From Dehalococcoides mccartyi (GTDB taxonomy: Bacteria > Chloroflexota > Dehalococcoidia > GIF9 > DYGU01), in the NCBI GenBank assembly GCA_020724525.1, contig DYGU01000004.1, positions 35,100 to 99,099 of the forward strand: 64,000 nucleotides of DNA, read 5' to 3'. A model generated the notes under the pieces. It worked only from the letters and a program-made list of their open reading frames with translations. It did no database searches and was not told where the DNA came from. This document shows positions 30,930 through 40,796 of this stretch, one piece after another; the first letter of the stretch is position 1, and each line of letters starts with the position of its first letter. Made by a program: the position numbers and the translations under genes.

Positions 30930-31330
30930 GCTTAGCTATGAACTGGGCTTAGCTCCTTAACAAACCAGTTAGCGACTACGGCAGTAACCGGTGTCCACCC
31001 AACCAGGCTCAGCCCTATGGCAACAATAACCCTATAGAGGAAGTAGAATTGCCACTGAGTAGTAGCCAGACTCACAAAGCCAGTCCCCCGCCTATAAGGC
31101 AAGCTCTACCGGGAAAACCAGCCTCGGTCCAAATCTATCCACAAGACCACCGGCTACTGGCGCCACCAAGCAATAAACGACAATGGTAATGGAGAACATC
31201 AGTGCCGTGCTGCCGCGCCCCCAGCCGACCTCTTCCACAATAGCCGGATAGAAGACTGAGAAGGTGTTCCGGATAGAATAGCCGAGCACTAAGGTGATAA
31301 AAGCAACACCTGCGACAATCCAGCCATAAA
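30930..31330 (-). pseudogene. Degenerate MFS-transporter gene remnant (N-terminal about 130 aa, with frameshifts).
   Basis: Reverse-strand translation gives an MFS N-terminus (GWIVAGVAFITLVLGYSIRNTFSVFYPAIVEEVGWGRGSTALMFSITIVVYCLVAPVAGGLVDRFGPRLV), then a stop. It continues in other frames (SLATTQWQFYFLYRVIVAIGLSLVGWTPVTAVVANWF) before terminating. There is no intact ORF of transporter length. Confidence 0.55.
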
Positions 31331-31462
31331 AGAGGCGTGGTCTCTTTTAAGCTATTCTTTGTCTTTTCCCGGTGCACCATCAGTTCAGGTATGAAGTATG
31401 ACACAATGGATATCTGTTTGGCAAGACATCCCATAATGGCATGCCCTTAGGCTTAGAAAAAA

Positions 31463-31489
31463 CCCCTGAAAAACGAAGTTTTTCAGGGG
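31463..31489. repeat. Palindromic hairpin repeat, copy 2.
   Basis: CCCCTGAAAAAC-GAA-GTTTTTCAGGGG followed by GCCCCGAATTT. It lies upstream of tldD. Confidence 0.6.
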
Positions 31490-31623
31490 GCCCCGAATTT
31501 GCAGACGGGTTGAGCATAGGTTTACTTTGAGAAAGGCATAGGGACTTTTTCAGTAATTTCTTAGAAGCTCCAATTTTCCTTGTCTTTGGTCCTTGGTAAG
31601 ACTACAATAATAGTTACTTTGGT

Positions 31624-32988
31624 TTGACTATGAGAGACCAACTTGTTGAAGCTTTGAAGGGACACGGTGCCGATTACGTGGAAATCCGCCTGGAGCAAGC
31701 TAAAGCCACTTCCCTGATTTACAGAGGGAAGAGGTTGGAAGAAGTAGCCAGGACTGCTCGGTCTGGCGGTAATGTTAGGGCTTTAGTTAAAGGAGGCTGG
31801 GGGTTTGTTAGTTTTAATGATATTAATGGACTACGGGGAAAGGTGAAGATGGCAGTAGAGCAGGCAAGATTTGCCCGACAGGAAAGGGGTCAGTTTGCCT
31901 CGGTGGCGCCGGTAGTTGATACAGTCAAAGCTAATGTGAAAAAGGACCCGACTTTACTGCCGCTAACAGTGAAGAAACAGCTCCTGGACGAGTACAATAA
32001 TATCATATTGAGTCCCCCCGGGATCCAGACTTCAAACATAAGTTATCAGGACAGCCGGAAAAAGGTTATTCTAGCTAGTTCTGAGGGCTCTTATATTGAA
32101 CAAGAGAAGGTAGACCTAAACCTCCGTTTAGTCGCTGTAGCCCGAGACGGCAGTAATGTCCAGCAACGGAGTTTGAGCCTGGGTAGCAATGGCGACTTTT
32201 CTGTTATTGAGAATTTGCACGGGAAAGTAGCTGAAATGGCTCGGCAGGCAGTGAGGCTTCTGTCAGCCCAGCAACTAAAGGGGGATGAATATACGGTTAT
32301 TCTGGACCCGGTACTGGCTGGAGTCTTTGCCCACGAAGCCTTTGGACACTTGTCTGAAGCTGATTTTGTTTATGAGAACAAGCAACTCCGGGAGATTATG
32401 GTCTTAGGGCGAAGATTTGGTAGTAAACACCTTAATATTGTGGACGGGGCGGCTGTCCCGGGACTGAGGGGTAGCTACAAGTATGATGATGAAGGGGTTC
32501 CAGCGACCAGGACTTACCTTATTCAGGAAGGTGTCCTGGAAGCCAGACTCCATTCCCGGGAAACAGCGGCTAAAATGGGGGAAAAACCTACCGCTAATGC
32601 CCGTGCCCTTAACTATTTCTTCCCCCCTGTGGTGAGGATGACCAATACCTTTATTGAGCCAGGGTCGGTTTCCTTTGAGGATATGCTTGCTGAAGTCAAA
32701 GAAGGGGTATATGCCAGGGAGTGGTACGGGGGAACCACCAGCCTGGAAATGTTTACTTTTTCGGCTGGAGAGACTTACATGATTCGCGACGGTAAATTAG
32801 CTGAGTTGCTTCGTCCGGCTGTTCTCACTGGTAATGTTTTCGCCACTTTGAACAATATAGATGCTATTGGTAATGACCTTCGGATGAATGAGGGGGGTGG
32901 TTGTGGTAAGGGGGAGCAAGTCCCCTTACCCGTTTCCAATGGTAGCCCCCATATCAGGATTCGCCATTGTCTGGTGGGAGGGAAGTAG
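31624..32988 (+). CDS. tldD: TldD-family metalloprotease.
   Basis: 454 aa with the HEAFGH zinc motif (FAHEAFGHLSEAD) and a TldD/PmbA fold. Confidence 0.9.
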   Translation: MTMRDQLVEALKGHGADYVEIRLEQAKATSLIYRGKRLEEVARTARSGGNVRALVKGGWGFVSFNDINGLRGKVKMAVEQARFARQERGQFASVAPVVDTVKANVKKDPTLLPLTVKKQLLDEYNNIILSPPGIQTSNISYQDSRKKVILASSEGSYIEQEKVDLNLRLVAVARDGSNVQQRSLSLGSNGDFSVIENLHGKVAEMARQAVRLLSAQQLKGDEYTVILDPVLAGVFAHEAFGHLSEADFVYENKQLREIMVLGRRFGSKHLNIVDGAAVPGLRGSYKYDDEGVPATRTYLIQEGVLEARLHSRETAAKMGEKPTANARALNYFFPPVVRMTNTFIEPGSVSFEDMLAEVKEGVYAREWYGGTTSLEMFTFSAGETYMIRDGKLAELLRPAVLTGNVFATLNNIDAIGNDLRMNEGGGCGKGEQVPLPVSNGSPHIRIRHCLVGGK

Positions 32989-34301
32989 TGGACGCTGAAG
33001 AATTACTGTCCCTGGCTAAGCGGGCGGCTGATGAAGCCGAAGTCTTTTGGGTCCATTCCTGGAGGACACCGGTTCGCTTTGAGGCTAACCGGCTAAAACA
33101 AATTCGAAGTCAGGAAACTACCAGTATAGCTCTACGCCTGGTCAAAGGGGGGAAGATAGGTTTTTCGGCTGCCAGCGGTGAAGTCAAAGCCCAGGCTCTG
33201 GTGGATATGGCAGTGGAGACATCGGAGTTTGGAATGACAGCTAACTTTGACTTCCCCACCACCCTGGCTTATCCCGGTGTGGAAGTCTTTGATTCCAGAA
33301 TAGAGACAGTAACTGAAGCCAGTATGGTAGAGCTGGGTGAGAAGCTGGTGGCTTGTCTTCGGGAACATACTCTGAGTATTGTCTGTGAAGCTGAGGTGGT
33401 TAAAGAGATGAGGCAGGTCCGGATTCTTAATTCCAGAGGCGGTGACATAAGTTATCGGAAGAGCCTTTTCGCTTTAGGTGTTGAAGGAGTAGTCGTTCAG
33501 AATACAGACCTGCTTTTTGTTGGGGATAGTGAGAGTTCGTGTCAGCCCTTCTTTGATTTTGAAATAATTGCCCGAAGGGTGATTAATCAATTAGAATTAG
33601 CTAAACGCCGGGCAAGCCTGTCTACGAAAGTAATGCCGGTGGTATTCACTCCTAAGGGTGTTGGTAGTGCTTTGGTAGCACCGCTAATTCTGGCTTTTAA
33701 TGGTAAACTGGTGCTGGAGGGAGCTTCACCTTTAAAGGGTAAGATAGGAGACGAGGTTTTTGATCGGAATTTTTCCCTGGAAGATGATGCTATTTTGCCT
33801 TATCGCCCTGCCAGCCGTCCCGGCGATGACGAAGGCGTCCCCAGTCAATTCATTCCTTTAATTGATAGGGGTGTGGTAGTAAATTTTCTGTATGATTTGC
33901 ACACAGCAGCTTTAGCCGGGACCCGGAGCACCGGCAGTGGCAGCCGTAGCCGGGGTGGTCTTCCTGTGCCATCGCCATCTTCTCTGGTAGTGAGTAGCGG
34001 TGAAGCTGCCTTTGAGGATATGATTAAGGATATGAAGGAGGGTCTGGTTATTGAGCAGGTTATAGGGGCAGAGCAGGGTAACCTTATGGGCGGGGAGTTT
34101 GGTGGTAACGTTCTTCTGGGCTATAAAGTGGAGAAGGGAGAAATAGTCGGTCGGGTGAAGGATATTATGATTTCCGGTAATATTTATCAGGTCTTAAAGG
34201 AGCTAAAAGCCGTGGGGAAGGAAAGAAGATGGGTTGGCGGAGTTTTACTTATACCAGCCGTTTATTGCTCACGCCTATCAGTGGCAGCCAAGGCAGGATG
34301 A
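32967..34301 (+). CDS. pmbA: PmbA/TldE-family protease partner.
   Basis: 444 aa TldD/PmbA paralog without HExxH. Overlaps tldD by 22 nt. Confidence 0.85.
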   Translation: MSGGREVVDAEELLSLAKRAADEAEVFWVHSWRTPVRFEANRLKQIRSQETTSIALRLVKGGKIGFSAASGEVKAQALVDMAVETSEFGMTANFDFPTTLAYPGVEVFDSRIETVTEASMVELGEKLVACLREHTLSIVCEAEVVKEMRQVRILNSRGGDISYRKSLFALGVEGVVVQNTDLLFVGDSESSCQPFFDFEIIARRVINQLELAKRRASLSTKVMPVVFTPKGVGSALVAPLILAFNGKLVLEGASPLKGKIGDEVFDRNFSLEDDAILPYRPASRPGDDEGVPSQFIPLIDRGVVVNFLYDLHTAALAGTRSTGSGSRSRGGLPVPSPSSLVVSSGEAAFEDMIKDMKEGLVIEQVIGAEQGNLMGGEFGGNVLLGYKVEKGEIVGRVKDIMISGNIYQVLKELKAVGKERRWVGGVLLIPAVYCSRLSVAAKAG

Positions 34302-35089
34302 TGAAAAAGGACGTCAAACTGTATAAGCAGCTCCATCCTAAAGCTTGTGATATGCTGACTGCCTGGCCGGGCATTGGTAATGTTTCCCTTATAGTAGCCC
34401 AATACCTGAGAGATAAGCTTAGAGCTGAGGAGATAGGAGAAGTTCTGCCGTTTAATTTCTTTGACCCCATTGGCGTAGTGGTCAAAGACAATGTGGTCGA
34501 AACTCCCCAATTCCCTGAGTCTAAATTGTATTACTGGCAGAACCCTGTTTCCGACAAGGGCTTAGTGATATTCATTGGGGAAGAACAGCCCAGCTTTAAG
34601 TGTTATGAATTAGCTCACTGTGTCCTCGATGTCGCCGAAAAATTTAAGGTCCGGAGGGTGTATACCTGTGCAGCTGCTATAGCCCGAATTCACCATACCG
34701 AAACCCCGAGGGTCTGGGGGGTAGCTACAGACAAGAAGCTTGTTCCGGAACTGGAAAAGTATGAGGTTGTCCTCCGGGGTGACCTTCATATTGCCGGGCT
34801 TAACGGATTGTTCCTTGGAGTAGCCAAGGAGAAGGGCATGGAGGGTATCTGCCTCTTAGGCGAGGTGCCTTCGTATGCTACCCGAATACCTAATCCAAAA
34901 GCTTCCCTGGCTATCATTGAAGTCTTGACTAAAATTCTGGCTGTGGGTATTGACCTGAGCGGATTAGTTAGCCTGGCGAAGGAAGCTGAAGAAGAAATGA
35001 AGAGGATTGCGGCTAAAGCTATGGGGGAGTTTATTGACCATTTCACTGAACCCCTTTGGGAAAAGAAAAAAGAGGAAGAAGAGGAGTGA
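34298..35089 (+). CDS. PAC2-family (proteasome-assembly-chaperone-like, COG1938) protein. Its start is coupled to the pmbA stop by an ATGA overlap.
   Basis: MMKKDVKLYKQ...WPGIGNVSLIVAQYL with an acidic C-terminus KKKEEEEE. The six-frame ORF begins further upstream (34229) but lacks an RBS there. Confidence 0.55.
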   Translation: MMKKDVKLYKQLHPKACDMLTAWPGIGNVSLIVAQYLRDKLRAEEIGEVLPFNFFDPIGVVVKDNVVETPQFPESKLYYWQNPVSDKGLVIFIGEEQPSFKCYELAHCVLDVAEKFKVRRVYTCAAAIARIHHTETPRVWGVATDKKLVPELEKYEVVLRGDLHIAGLNGLFLGVAKEKGMEGICLLGEVPSYATRIPNPKASLAIIEVLTKILAVGIDLSGLVSLAKEAEEEMKRIAAKAMGEFIDHFTEPLWEKKKEEEEE

Positions 35090-36006
35090 ATAAAAAAGAG
35101 TCACCTTTAGCCAGATTACTGGCTGAGCTTTCTGGCCCAGAACAGCCCTCGGTCAATACTCGGCTGGTATATTTGTCTGGTTTAGGTGGTAACGAGATAG
35201 AGCTCCTTAGACAGACTTGGACAAGAATAACCCCGGAGCGGCAATATCAAATTCTGTCTCATTTATTTCGGCTTAGTGAGCATAATCCAACCCTCGATTT
35301 TGACCATATCTTCGGTCTTTGTCTTCAGGCTTCTGATGAGAGAGTCAGGCTTCAAGCAGTTATAGGGTTGGAAAGGACTGAGGATGTTTCCTTTATTGTC
35401 CCTCTTATTCATTTACTGGAGACAGACGAAGCTAAGAAGGTTAGGGCAGCGGCGGCTATTGTTTTGGGCAACTTTGCTTTGCTTGCCGAGTTAGGGAAGT
35501 TATCGCCAAATCATAGGGCTCGAATATATTCAGCTTTGATTGGTGTCTTAGAAAAAGAAGGAGAATCTGTCGCTGTAAAGCGACGGGCTTTAGAATCCAT
35601 AGCTCCTTTCAGCCGGCCTCGTGTAGACGAGTTCATTAATCAAGCTTATCACAGTAATGATGTTGAACTTAAAGCCAGTGCTATATATGCTATGGGGCGC
35701 AATTGTAACCCGAAATGGTTGCCTATTGTCATTAAGGAATTGAGCAATAGCGAGCCGGAAATCCATTATGAAGCTGCTGAAGCTTGTGGTGAGTTAGAAG
35801 CTGAAGAAGCAGTACCCTTTTTAATAAACCTTGTTGATGATGACGAGGCTCAAGTGCCAGAAGCAGCTATAAGAGCCTTAGGTAAAATAGGTGGTGAGGA
35901 AGTTAAGAAAACGCTCCAGAGTTTACTAGGTAGTCCCGAGGAGCGAATACGTCAGGTAGCTAAGGTAGCCTTAACTGAGCTTATTTTTTGGGAAGAGCTT
36001 TTATAG
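35056..36006 (+). CDS. HEAT/PBS-lyase-like repeat protein. An alternative GTG start at 35086 overlaps the PAC2 stop.
   Basis: Repeated HEAT-like units (VRAAAAIVLGNFA, VKRRALESIAPF, ELKASAIYAMGR, IHYEAAEACGEL, EAAIRALGKIG). Confidence 0.65.
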   Translation: MGKEKRGRRGVNKKESPLARLLAELSGPEQPSVNTRLVYLSGLGGNEIELLRQTWTRITPERQYQILSHLFRLSEHNPTLDFDHIFGLCLQASDERVRLQAVIGLERTEDVSFIVPLIHLLETDEAKKVRAAAAIVLGNFALLAELGKLSPNHRARIYSALIGVLEKEGESVAVKRRALESIAPFSRPRVDEFINQAYHSNDVELKASAIYAMGRNCNPKWLPIVIKELSNSEPEIHYEAAEACGELEAEEAVPFLINLVDDDEAQVPEAAIRALGKIGGEEVKKTLQSLLGSPEERIRQVAKVALTELIFWEELL

Positions 36007-36018
36007 TTTGGGGGTAAT

Positions 36019-36627
36019 ATGCTGCTGGGCCAGAAGACGAAATTGCGCCCAAAACGTCTAAAGGATGCTGTTAATGATTATGCCTGGCGGGTAGACCCCG
36101 AGTTGAGTCACCTTGATGCCGCGGTGCCGTTACCCCTTTCTTTTGAGGAGTATTTAAAGGGTTGTGCCGCTGAATTGTCTCTTCTTGGCAATCAGGAGAC
36201 TCGCTTTGCCATCGAGACTCTTGACGGTAAGCATATTGGTAACTGTGCCTACTTTAAAATAGATAAGATTAAGCGAGAAGCTGAGCTGGGTATTACGATT
36301 GGCGACCGGAATTATTGGGACAAAGGCTATGGTACTGATGCCGTAATAACCTTGCTGAACCATATTTTTTCTAAGACCAATTTAAATAGGGTCTACCTTA
36401 AGACCCTGGACTGGAACCTAAGAGCTCAGAAGTGCTTTAAGAAATGTGGCTTTAGCCCTTGTGGTCATCTTCTTAAAGACGGATATAATTTTGTGGTTAT
36501 GGAAATTCATCGCCCTCGCTTCCCTGGCGATGATGAAAGGGAAAATGACAGAAGAAAGGATTTACGTATCCTCTTGCCAGCTATTTTCCCTTATATTCGG
36601 GCTTTCTCTTTTCCAGGAAAGCCTTAG
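36019..36627 (+). CDS. GNAT-family N-acetyltransferase.
   Basis: GNAT motifs: YWDKGYGTDAVITLLNHIF, LNRVYLKTLDWNLRAQKCFKKCGF. Confidence 0.8.
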   Translation: MLLGQKTKLRPKRLKDAVNDYAWRVDPELSHLDAAVPLPLSFEEYLKGCAAELSLLGNQETRFAIETLDGKHIGNCAYFKIDKIKREAELGITIGDRNYWDKGYGTDAVITLLNHIFSKTNLNRVYLKTLDWNLRAQKCFKKCGFSPCGHLLKDGYNFVVMEIHRPRFPGDDERENDRRKDLRILLPAIFPYIRAFSFPGKP

Positions 36628-37360
36628 CTCCCTCCTTCTGGTCCTCGGTGCCAAAGCACATGGCGAAAAGGTCGCGTTCGTAGCTCATACCAATGGCTAA
36701 GGGAGTTTCTAAGGACTTATTTATGGCTATCTTGGCAAGTTTCAATATTACCGGGCTATGCTGCAGAATAGCCTTAGCTACTTCCATAACTGTTTCTTGA
36801 AGCTTTTCTTGGGGGACAACCTTGTTCACCAGCCCCAGCTCTAAAGCTTCTTTGGCGGTGATAAAGTTTCCCGTAAAGATGAGTTCCTTGGCTTTCTTTT
36901 CTCCCACCAGTCGAGGCAGGATCTGAGTCCCACCAGCGCCTGGTATTACGCCAACCCGGATTTCAGGCTGCCCAAACTGAGCATTTTCAGAGGCGATGAT
37001 AATATCGCAAGCCATAGCCAGCTCACAGCCGCCACCAAGAGCAAAACCGTTTACCATGGCTATAACTGGTTTCGGGATTTCCCTCAGCATCTCCACAGCT
37101 CTCTGGGTGCCCTTCGCCCGGAGGATGTCGGCAGGCATCCTTTTGGGAAACTCACTTATATCAGCCCCGGCGCTAAAGGCTTTGTCTCTTGCCCCGGTGA
37201 TGATAATAACTCGGACATTGTCATCATCGCGGGCATCTTCCAGTACCTGGACAAGTTCTGCCCTCATAGTGTCATTCTGGGCATTTCTGACTTCAGGACG
37301 ATTTAAGGTTATCCAGGCTAAAAAGTCTTTTTTCTCATAAATTATGGTCTGTAATTGCAT
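36581..37360 (-). CDS. Enoyl-CoA hydratase (crotonase family).
   Basis: 259 aa with an oxyanion-hole region (FSAGADISEF, ALGGGCELAMACD). Confidence 0.85.
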   Translation of the reverse strand: MQLQTIIYEKKDFLAWITLNRPEVRNAQNDTMRAELVQVLEDARDDDNVRVIIITGARDKAFSAGADISEFPKRMPADILRAKGTQRAVEMLREIPKPVIAMVNGFALGGGCELAMACDIIIASENAQFGQPEIRVGVIPGAGGTQILPRLVGEKKAKELIFTGNFITAKEALELGLVNKVVPQEKLQETVMEVAKAILQHSPVILKLAKIAINKSLETPLAIGMSYERDLFAMCFGTEDQKEGAKAFLEKRKPEYKGK

Positions 37361-37375
37361 CGCTTGTCTCCTTTA

Positions 37376-38329
37376 TTACCATTTTGACAGCACTTCTTTC
37401 CAGAAGTCGTAGATCCCCTTCTTGCCCGGTCCACCGGTATAGCCGGCTCTCACCATAAGGCGTATCAGAGGATGGAGCTGTCCTTTTTCTGAGCCAAGTT
37501 CCTTTATCCTGTCTTCTTCCGAGGCTGCCCTTATTGCCCAGGCGCCAATCCGGTCACTCAACTCCAGGGGACCTACAGGCAGGTTGTATCCCAGTTTCAG
37601 GGCTTTGTCTATGTCCTCGGGAGAGGCTACTCTCTCCCACACCATCTGAACGGCTTCAGAAGTCATAGCCACGTAGGCACGGTTAGCCAGAAAGCCGAAG
37701 CTAACATCGCGGCAGACTACCGGCTCCTTTTCCAGAATTCGGGCTAAGGCGTAGGTCACTTCTACTGTATTGTCAGAAGTATTGGCTCCTTTCACCACCT
37801 CCACGAGCTTCATAACAGCTACTGGATTAAAAAAGTGCATACCTGCCACCTTGTCTGGACGCTTGGTAACAGATGCCATCTCGGTTATGTTTAACCAGGA
37901 GGTGTTGGATGCCAGAATAGCCTGGGGAGGGGCATCAGCATCTAACTTACGAAAGACATCCTTCTTAATAGCCATGCTCTCGGTCACGGCTTCTATAACA
38001 AAATCGGCATCGGAAACAGCTTTGGTTAGGTCAGTAGTCCCTTCAATCCTGCCTGTAATCTCCTTCTTCTCCTCAGGGGTCATCTTGCCTTTGGCGACAA
38101 AGAATTGATCAAGCCTCTGCTGTATGCTTGCTAGCCCTTTATTGATGAACTCATCGCTTACGTCCGTGACTGAGACCCTGTATTTCCCGATCCGCGACAG
38201 GACTTCTGCTATCTGGGAGCCCATGAGTCCCGCCCCAACCACCGCCACCTTCTTGATATTCTCTGCTTTCAAAAGTTCCATTGTCTCCTCCTTGAGACTT
38301 TTTCTGTCAGAGAGCAAGTTTAAACTCAT
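37376..38329 (-). CDS. hbd: 3-hydroxyacyl/3-hydroxybutyryl-CoA dehydrogenase (start probably at MELLK, about 38284).
   Basis: Rossmann motif VAVVGAGLMGSQIA plus a C-terminal 3HCDH domain. Confidence 0.85.
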   Translation of the reverse strand: MSLNLLSDRKSLKEETMELLKAENIKKVAVVGAGLMGSQIAEVLSRIGKYRVSVTDVSDEFINKGLASIQQRLDQFFVAKGKMTPEEKKEITGRIEGTTDLTKAVSDADFVIEAVTESMAIKKDVFRKLDADAPPQAILASNTSWLNITEMASVTKRPDKVAGMHFFNPVAVMKLVEVVKGANTSDNTVEVTYALARILEKEPVVCRDVSFGFLANRAYVAMTSEAVQMVWERVASPEDIDKALKLGYNLPVGPLELSDRIGAWAIRAASEEDRIKELGSEKGQLHPLIRLMVRAGYTGGPGKKGIYDFWKEVLSKW

Positions 38330-38431
38330 TTACCTGCGAATGTCAATTGCCAGATGTCTTGATCCCCTCTGAAGGTGGTGATAGAATACGCTTTGGTTTG
38401 TCTCCTGAATTAGGAAAAGGGGGAGTTTTTT

Positions 38432-39310
38432 ATGGTTATTATCGGTGAGAGTATTCATATTATTTCCAAGGTGGTCAGTGATGCTATTAAGGAGAGAAAT
38501 CCAAAGCCAATTCAGGAATTAGCTATCGCTCAAAATAGAGCTGGTGCTGACTATATAGACTTGAACTTGGGTCCAGTCCGCCGAGACCCAGAAGAAACAA
38601 TGCAGTGGCTGGTTAATGCTGTTCAGGAAGTTGTCGTTTTGCCTTTGTCATTAGATACTATGAACCCGATAGCTATGGAAGCCGGGCTTAAAATCTGTAA
38701 CAAACGCCCCTTGCTTAACTCAGCTTCAGGAAAAACAGATAGCAAGGAACAGATGCTTCCTTTAGCCAAAAAATATTCCTGTGATGTGGTTATCTCAGTA
38801 ATCACGGACAGAGGCTGTCCCCCCGGTGTTGATGCCAGAGTTGAGAGTATTATGGAAACGGTGGCGCTGGCTAATGAGATGGGTATTCCCAACGAAGATA
38901 TCTGGGTTGACCCAATTCTGTTGCCGGTTAGTGCCAGCCAGGCTGAGGTTAAGGAAACTCTGGAATTTGTGAAAATATTGTCTGATCTTCTGCCTGGCAT
39001 TAAGTCAACTATAGGGTTGTCTAATATATCCAACGGCACACCTGAAGCCCTCCGGGGTATTCTTAACCGAACTTATATGGTGATGTTAGGCAGATATGGA
39101 CAATATTCAGTGATTGCTGATGCCTTAGACAAGGAGCTTATCAGCCTGAAGAGGGGGGAGATGCCTAACATCGTTGACCTTATTTACCGGACTATGGATG
39201 GGGAGGATATAGACCTTTCGTCCCTGTCGCCAAAAGAGCGGGACTATGTCAAAACAACCAAAGTGCTTACGGGGGAAATATTGTATTCCCACGCCTGGCT
39301 GGAAAGTTGA
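38432..39310 (+). CDS. acsE: Methyltetrahydrofolate:corrinoid/iron-sulfur protein methyltransferase (pterin-binding, AcsE-like).
   Basis: Aligns by eye with AcsE throughout: IIGESIH...DYIDLNLGP...LSLDTMNP...LLNSASG...WVDPILLP...IGLSNISNG. Confidence 0.8.
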   Translation: MVIIGESIHIISKVVSDAIKERNPKPIQELAIAQNRAGADYIDLNLGPVRRDPEETMQWLVNAVQEVVVLPLSLDTMNPIAMEAGLKICNKRPLLNSASGKTDSKEQMLPLAKKYSCDVVISVITDRGCPPGVDARVESIMETVALANEMGIPNEDIWVDPILLPVSASQAEVKETLEFVKILSDLLPGIKSTIGLSNISNGTPEALRGILNRTYMVMLGRYGQYSVIADALDKELISLKRGEMPNIVDLIYRTMDGEDIDLSSLSPKERDYVKTTKVLTGEILYSHAWLES

Positions 39311-39331
39311 TATTTTGATAAAGGAATAAAA

Positions 39332-40237
39332 ATGGAATATAGAGCACCCATTGAAACCTATGCGGGTAAGGTCCGAGAGGTGGTAATTGGTAAGGGGAGT
39401 AAAGCTATGAAGATTGGGGGGGAAAGTATTCTCCCTCTTCATTTTTTTGAGGGCTCTATTGAGAACCCCCCTCGACTTGTTTTAGAGGTCTATGATATGG
39501 AGCCAGACGATTGGGCAGGGGCAGTGCTTGAGCCTTATAAAGATGTTGTTTCCGACCCGGTAAAATGGGCACAGAAATGTTTAGATTTTGGTGCTGACCT
39601 TGTCTGCCTTAAGCTAATGAGTACTGACCCGGGCGGGGAAAATGCACCGGCAGAGGCAGTAGCAGCCCTTACCAAAAAAGTAGCCACCACCATTAACACC
39701 CCCCTCATTGTTTATGGCTCGGGGGATGAGACCAAAGACATTGAGGTGTTAACTAAGGTGGCTGAAGTCTGCGCTGGAGAAAACCTCCTCTTAGGTCCAG
39801 CGGTTAAGGAAAATTATGAGCCGATATGCAAAGCCGCTTTGGACTATGGGCATTGTCTTATTGCCCAGACCCCCATAGATATAAACTTGGAAAAGGAACT
39901 AAATATAAAACTGATGAAGTCCTTTCCACCGGAGAGAATAGTTATTGACCCCTTAAGCTCGGCTTTAGGCTATGGTATTGAATACAGCTTCAGCATAATG
40001 GAAAGGACCAAACACATTGGCATTATGTTTAAGGATGCCACCATGCAGATGCCTATAATCGCCGACCTGGGTAAGGAATCGTGGAAAACCAAAGAAGCTA
40101 AAGCCAGTGAAAAGCAGGGTATATTATGGGAAAGCATTGCGGCTTTAACTTTTCTTTTAGCCGGGGCTAATATTTTGGTCTTGCGTCACCCCGAAACCCT
40201 TAAGTTAATTAAGGAAGTAATTACGGGGAAAATTTGA
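39332..40237 (+). CDS. acsD: Corrinoid/iron-sulfur protein small subunit (AcsD / CdhD-like TIM barrel).
   Basis: 301 aa, adjacent to acsE. A degenerate partial copy of its 3' end recurs at 45682-45817. Confidence 0.75.
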   Translation: MEYRAPIETYAGKVREVVIGKGSKAMKIGGESILPLHFFEGSIENPPRLVLEVYDMEPDDWAGAVLEPYKDVVSDPVKWAQKCLDFGADLVCLKLMSTDPGGENAPAEAVAALTKKVATTINTPLIVYGSGDETKDIEVLTKVAEVCAGENLLLGPAVKENYEPICKAALDYGHCLIAQTPIDINLEKELNIKLMKSFPPERIVIDPLSSALGYGIEYSFSIMERTKHIGIMFKDATMQMPIIADLGKESWKTKEAKASEKQGILWESIAALTFLLAGANILVLRHPETLKLIKEVITGKI

Positions 40238-40319
40238 CCTTACATGAGACCGGTGGGCAAAATACTAAAAGCTTTGATATCTTTGCCCTCGCACGAGAAG
40301 TAGTAGCATCGGAGGGATT

Positions 40320-40796
40320 ATGGAAGACCACCTATCAGAGATTTTGCCATCCTATAGAGGAAAGAGAAGCAAACTGATTCCGATTCTACAAGAGGTTCAG
40401 GCAAAATTTGGCTACCTGCCCGAGGAGGTGATGCGTGAGCTTGCCACGTTTATCGGCATACCGGAGTGTGAGGCATATAGTGTAGCTACTTTTTATGCTC
40501 AATTCCGGCTCATGCCCCTTGGTAAGAAACGGGTTGCGATCTGCCGAGGCACTGCGTGTCACATCAGCGGTGCCCCCAAAATTCTCGAGGCGACAGAGAA
40601 GGTACTCGGCATAAAGGATGGGGAAACCACAGCTGACCTGGAATATACCCTGGAAACTGTTGCCTGTATTGGTTGCTGTGCGCTAGCCCCTTGTCTAAGG
40701 ATTAACGAGGATGTCCATGGTCGGCTGACGCCGGCAAAGGCAAGCGAACTTTTCCCCGCCCCAAGTACAAATAAAGGAGAGCAAGATGTCCAATAG
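40320..40796 (+). CDS. NuoE/HymA-like [2Fe-2S] thioredoxin-fold subunit.
   Basis: 158 aa with the Cys pattern CRGTACH...CIGCCALAP. Overlaps the next gene by 11 nt. Confidence 0.85.
   Translation: MEDHLSEILPSYRGKRSKLIPILQEVQAKFGYLPEEVMRELATFIGIPECEAYSVATFYAQFRLMPLGKKRVAICRGTACHISGAPKILEATEKVLGIKDGETTADLEYTLETVACIGCCALAPCLRINEDVHGRLTPAKASELFPAPSTNKGEQDVQ

Noticed and set aside
36446-36700. 84 aa plus-strand ORF overlapping the GNAT 3' end and the crotonase end
   Set aside because: It overlaps two supported genes, with a hydrophobic low-complexity product.
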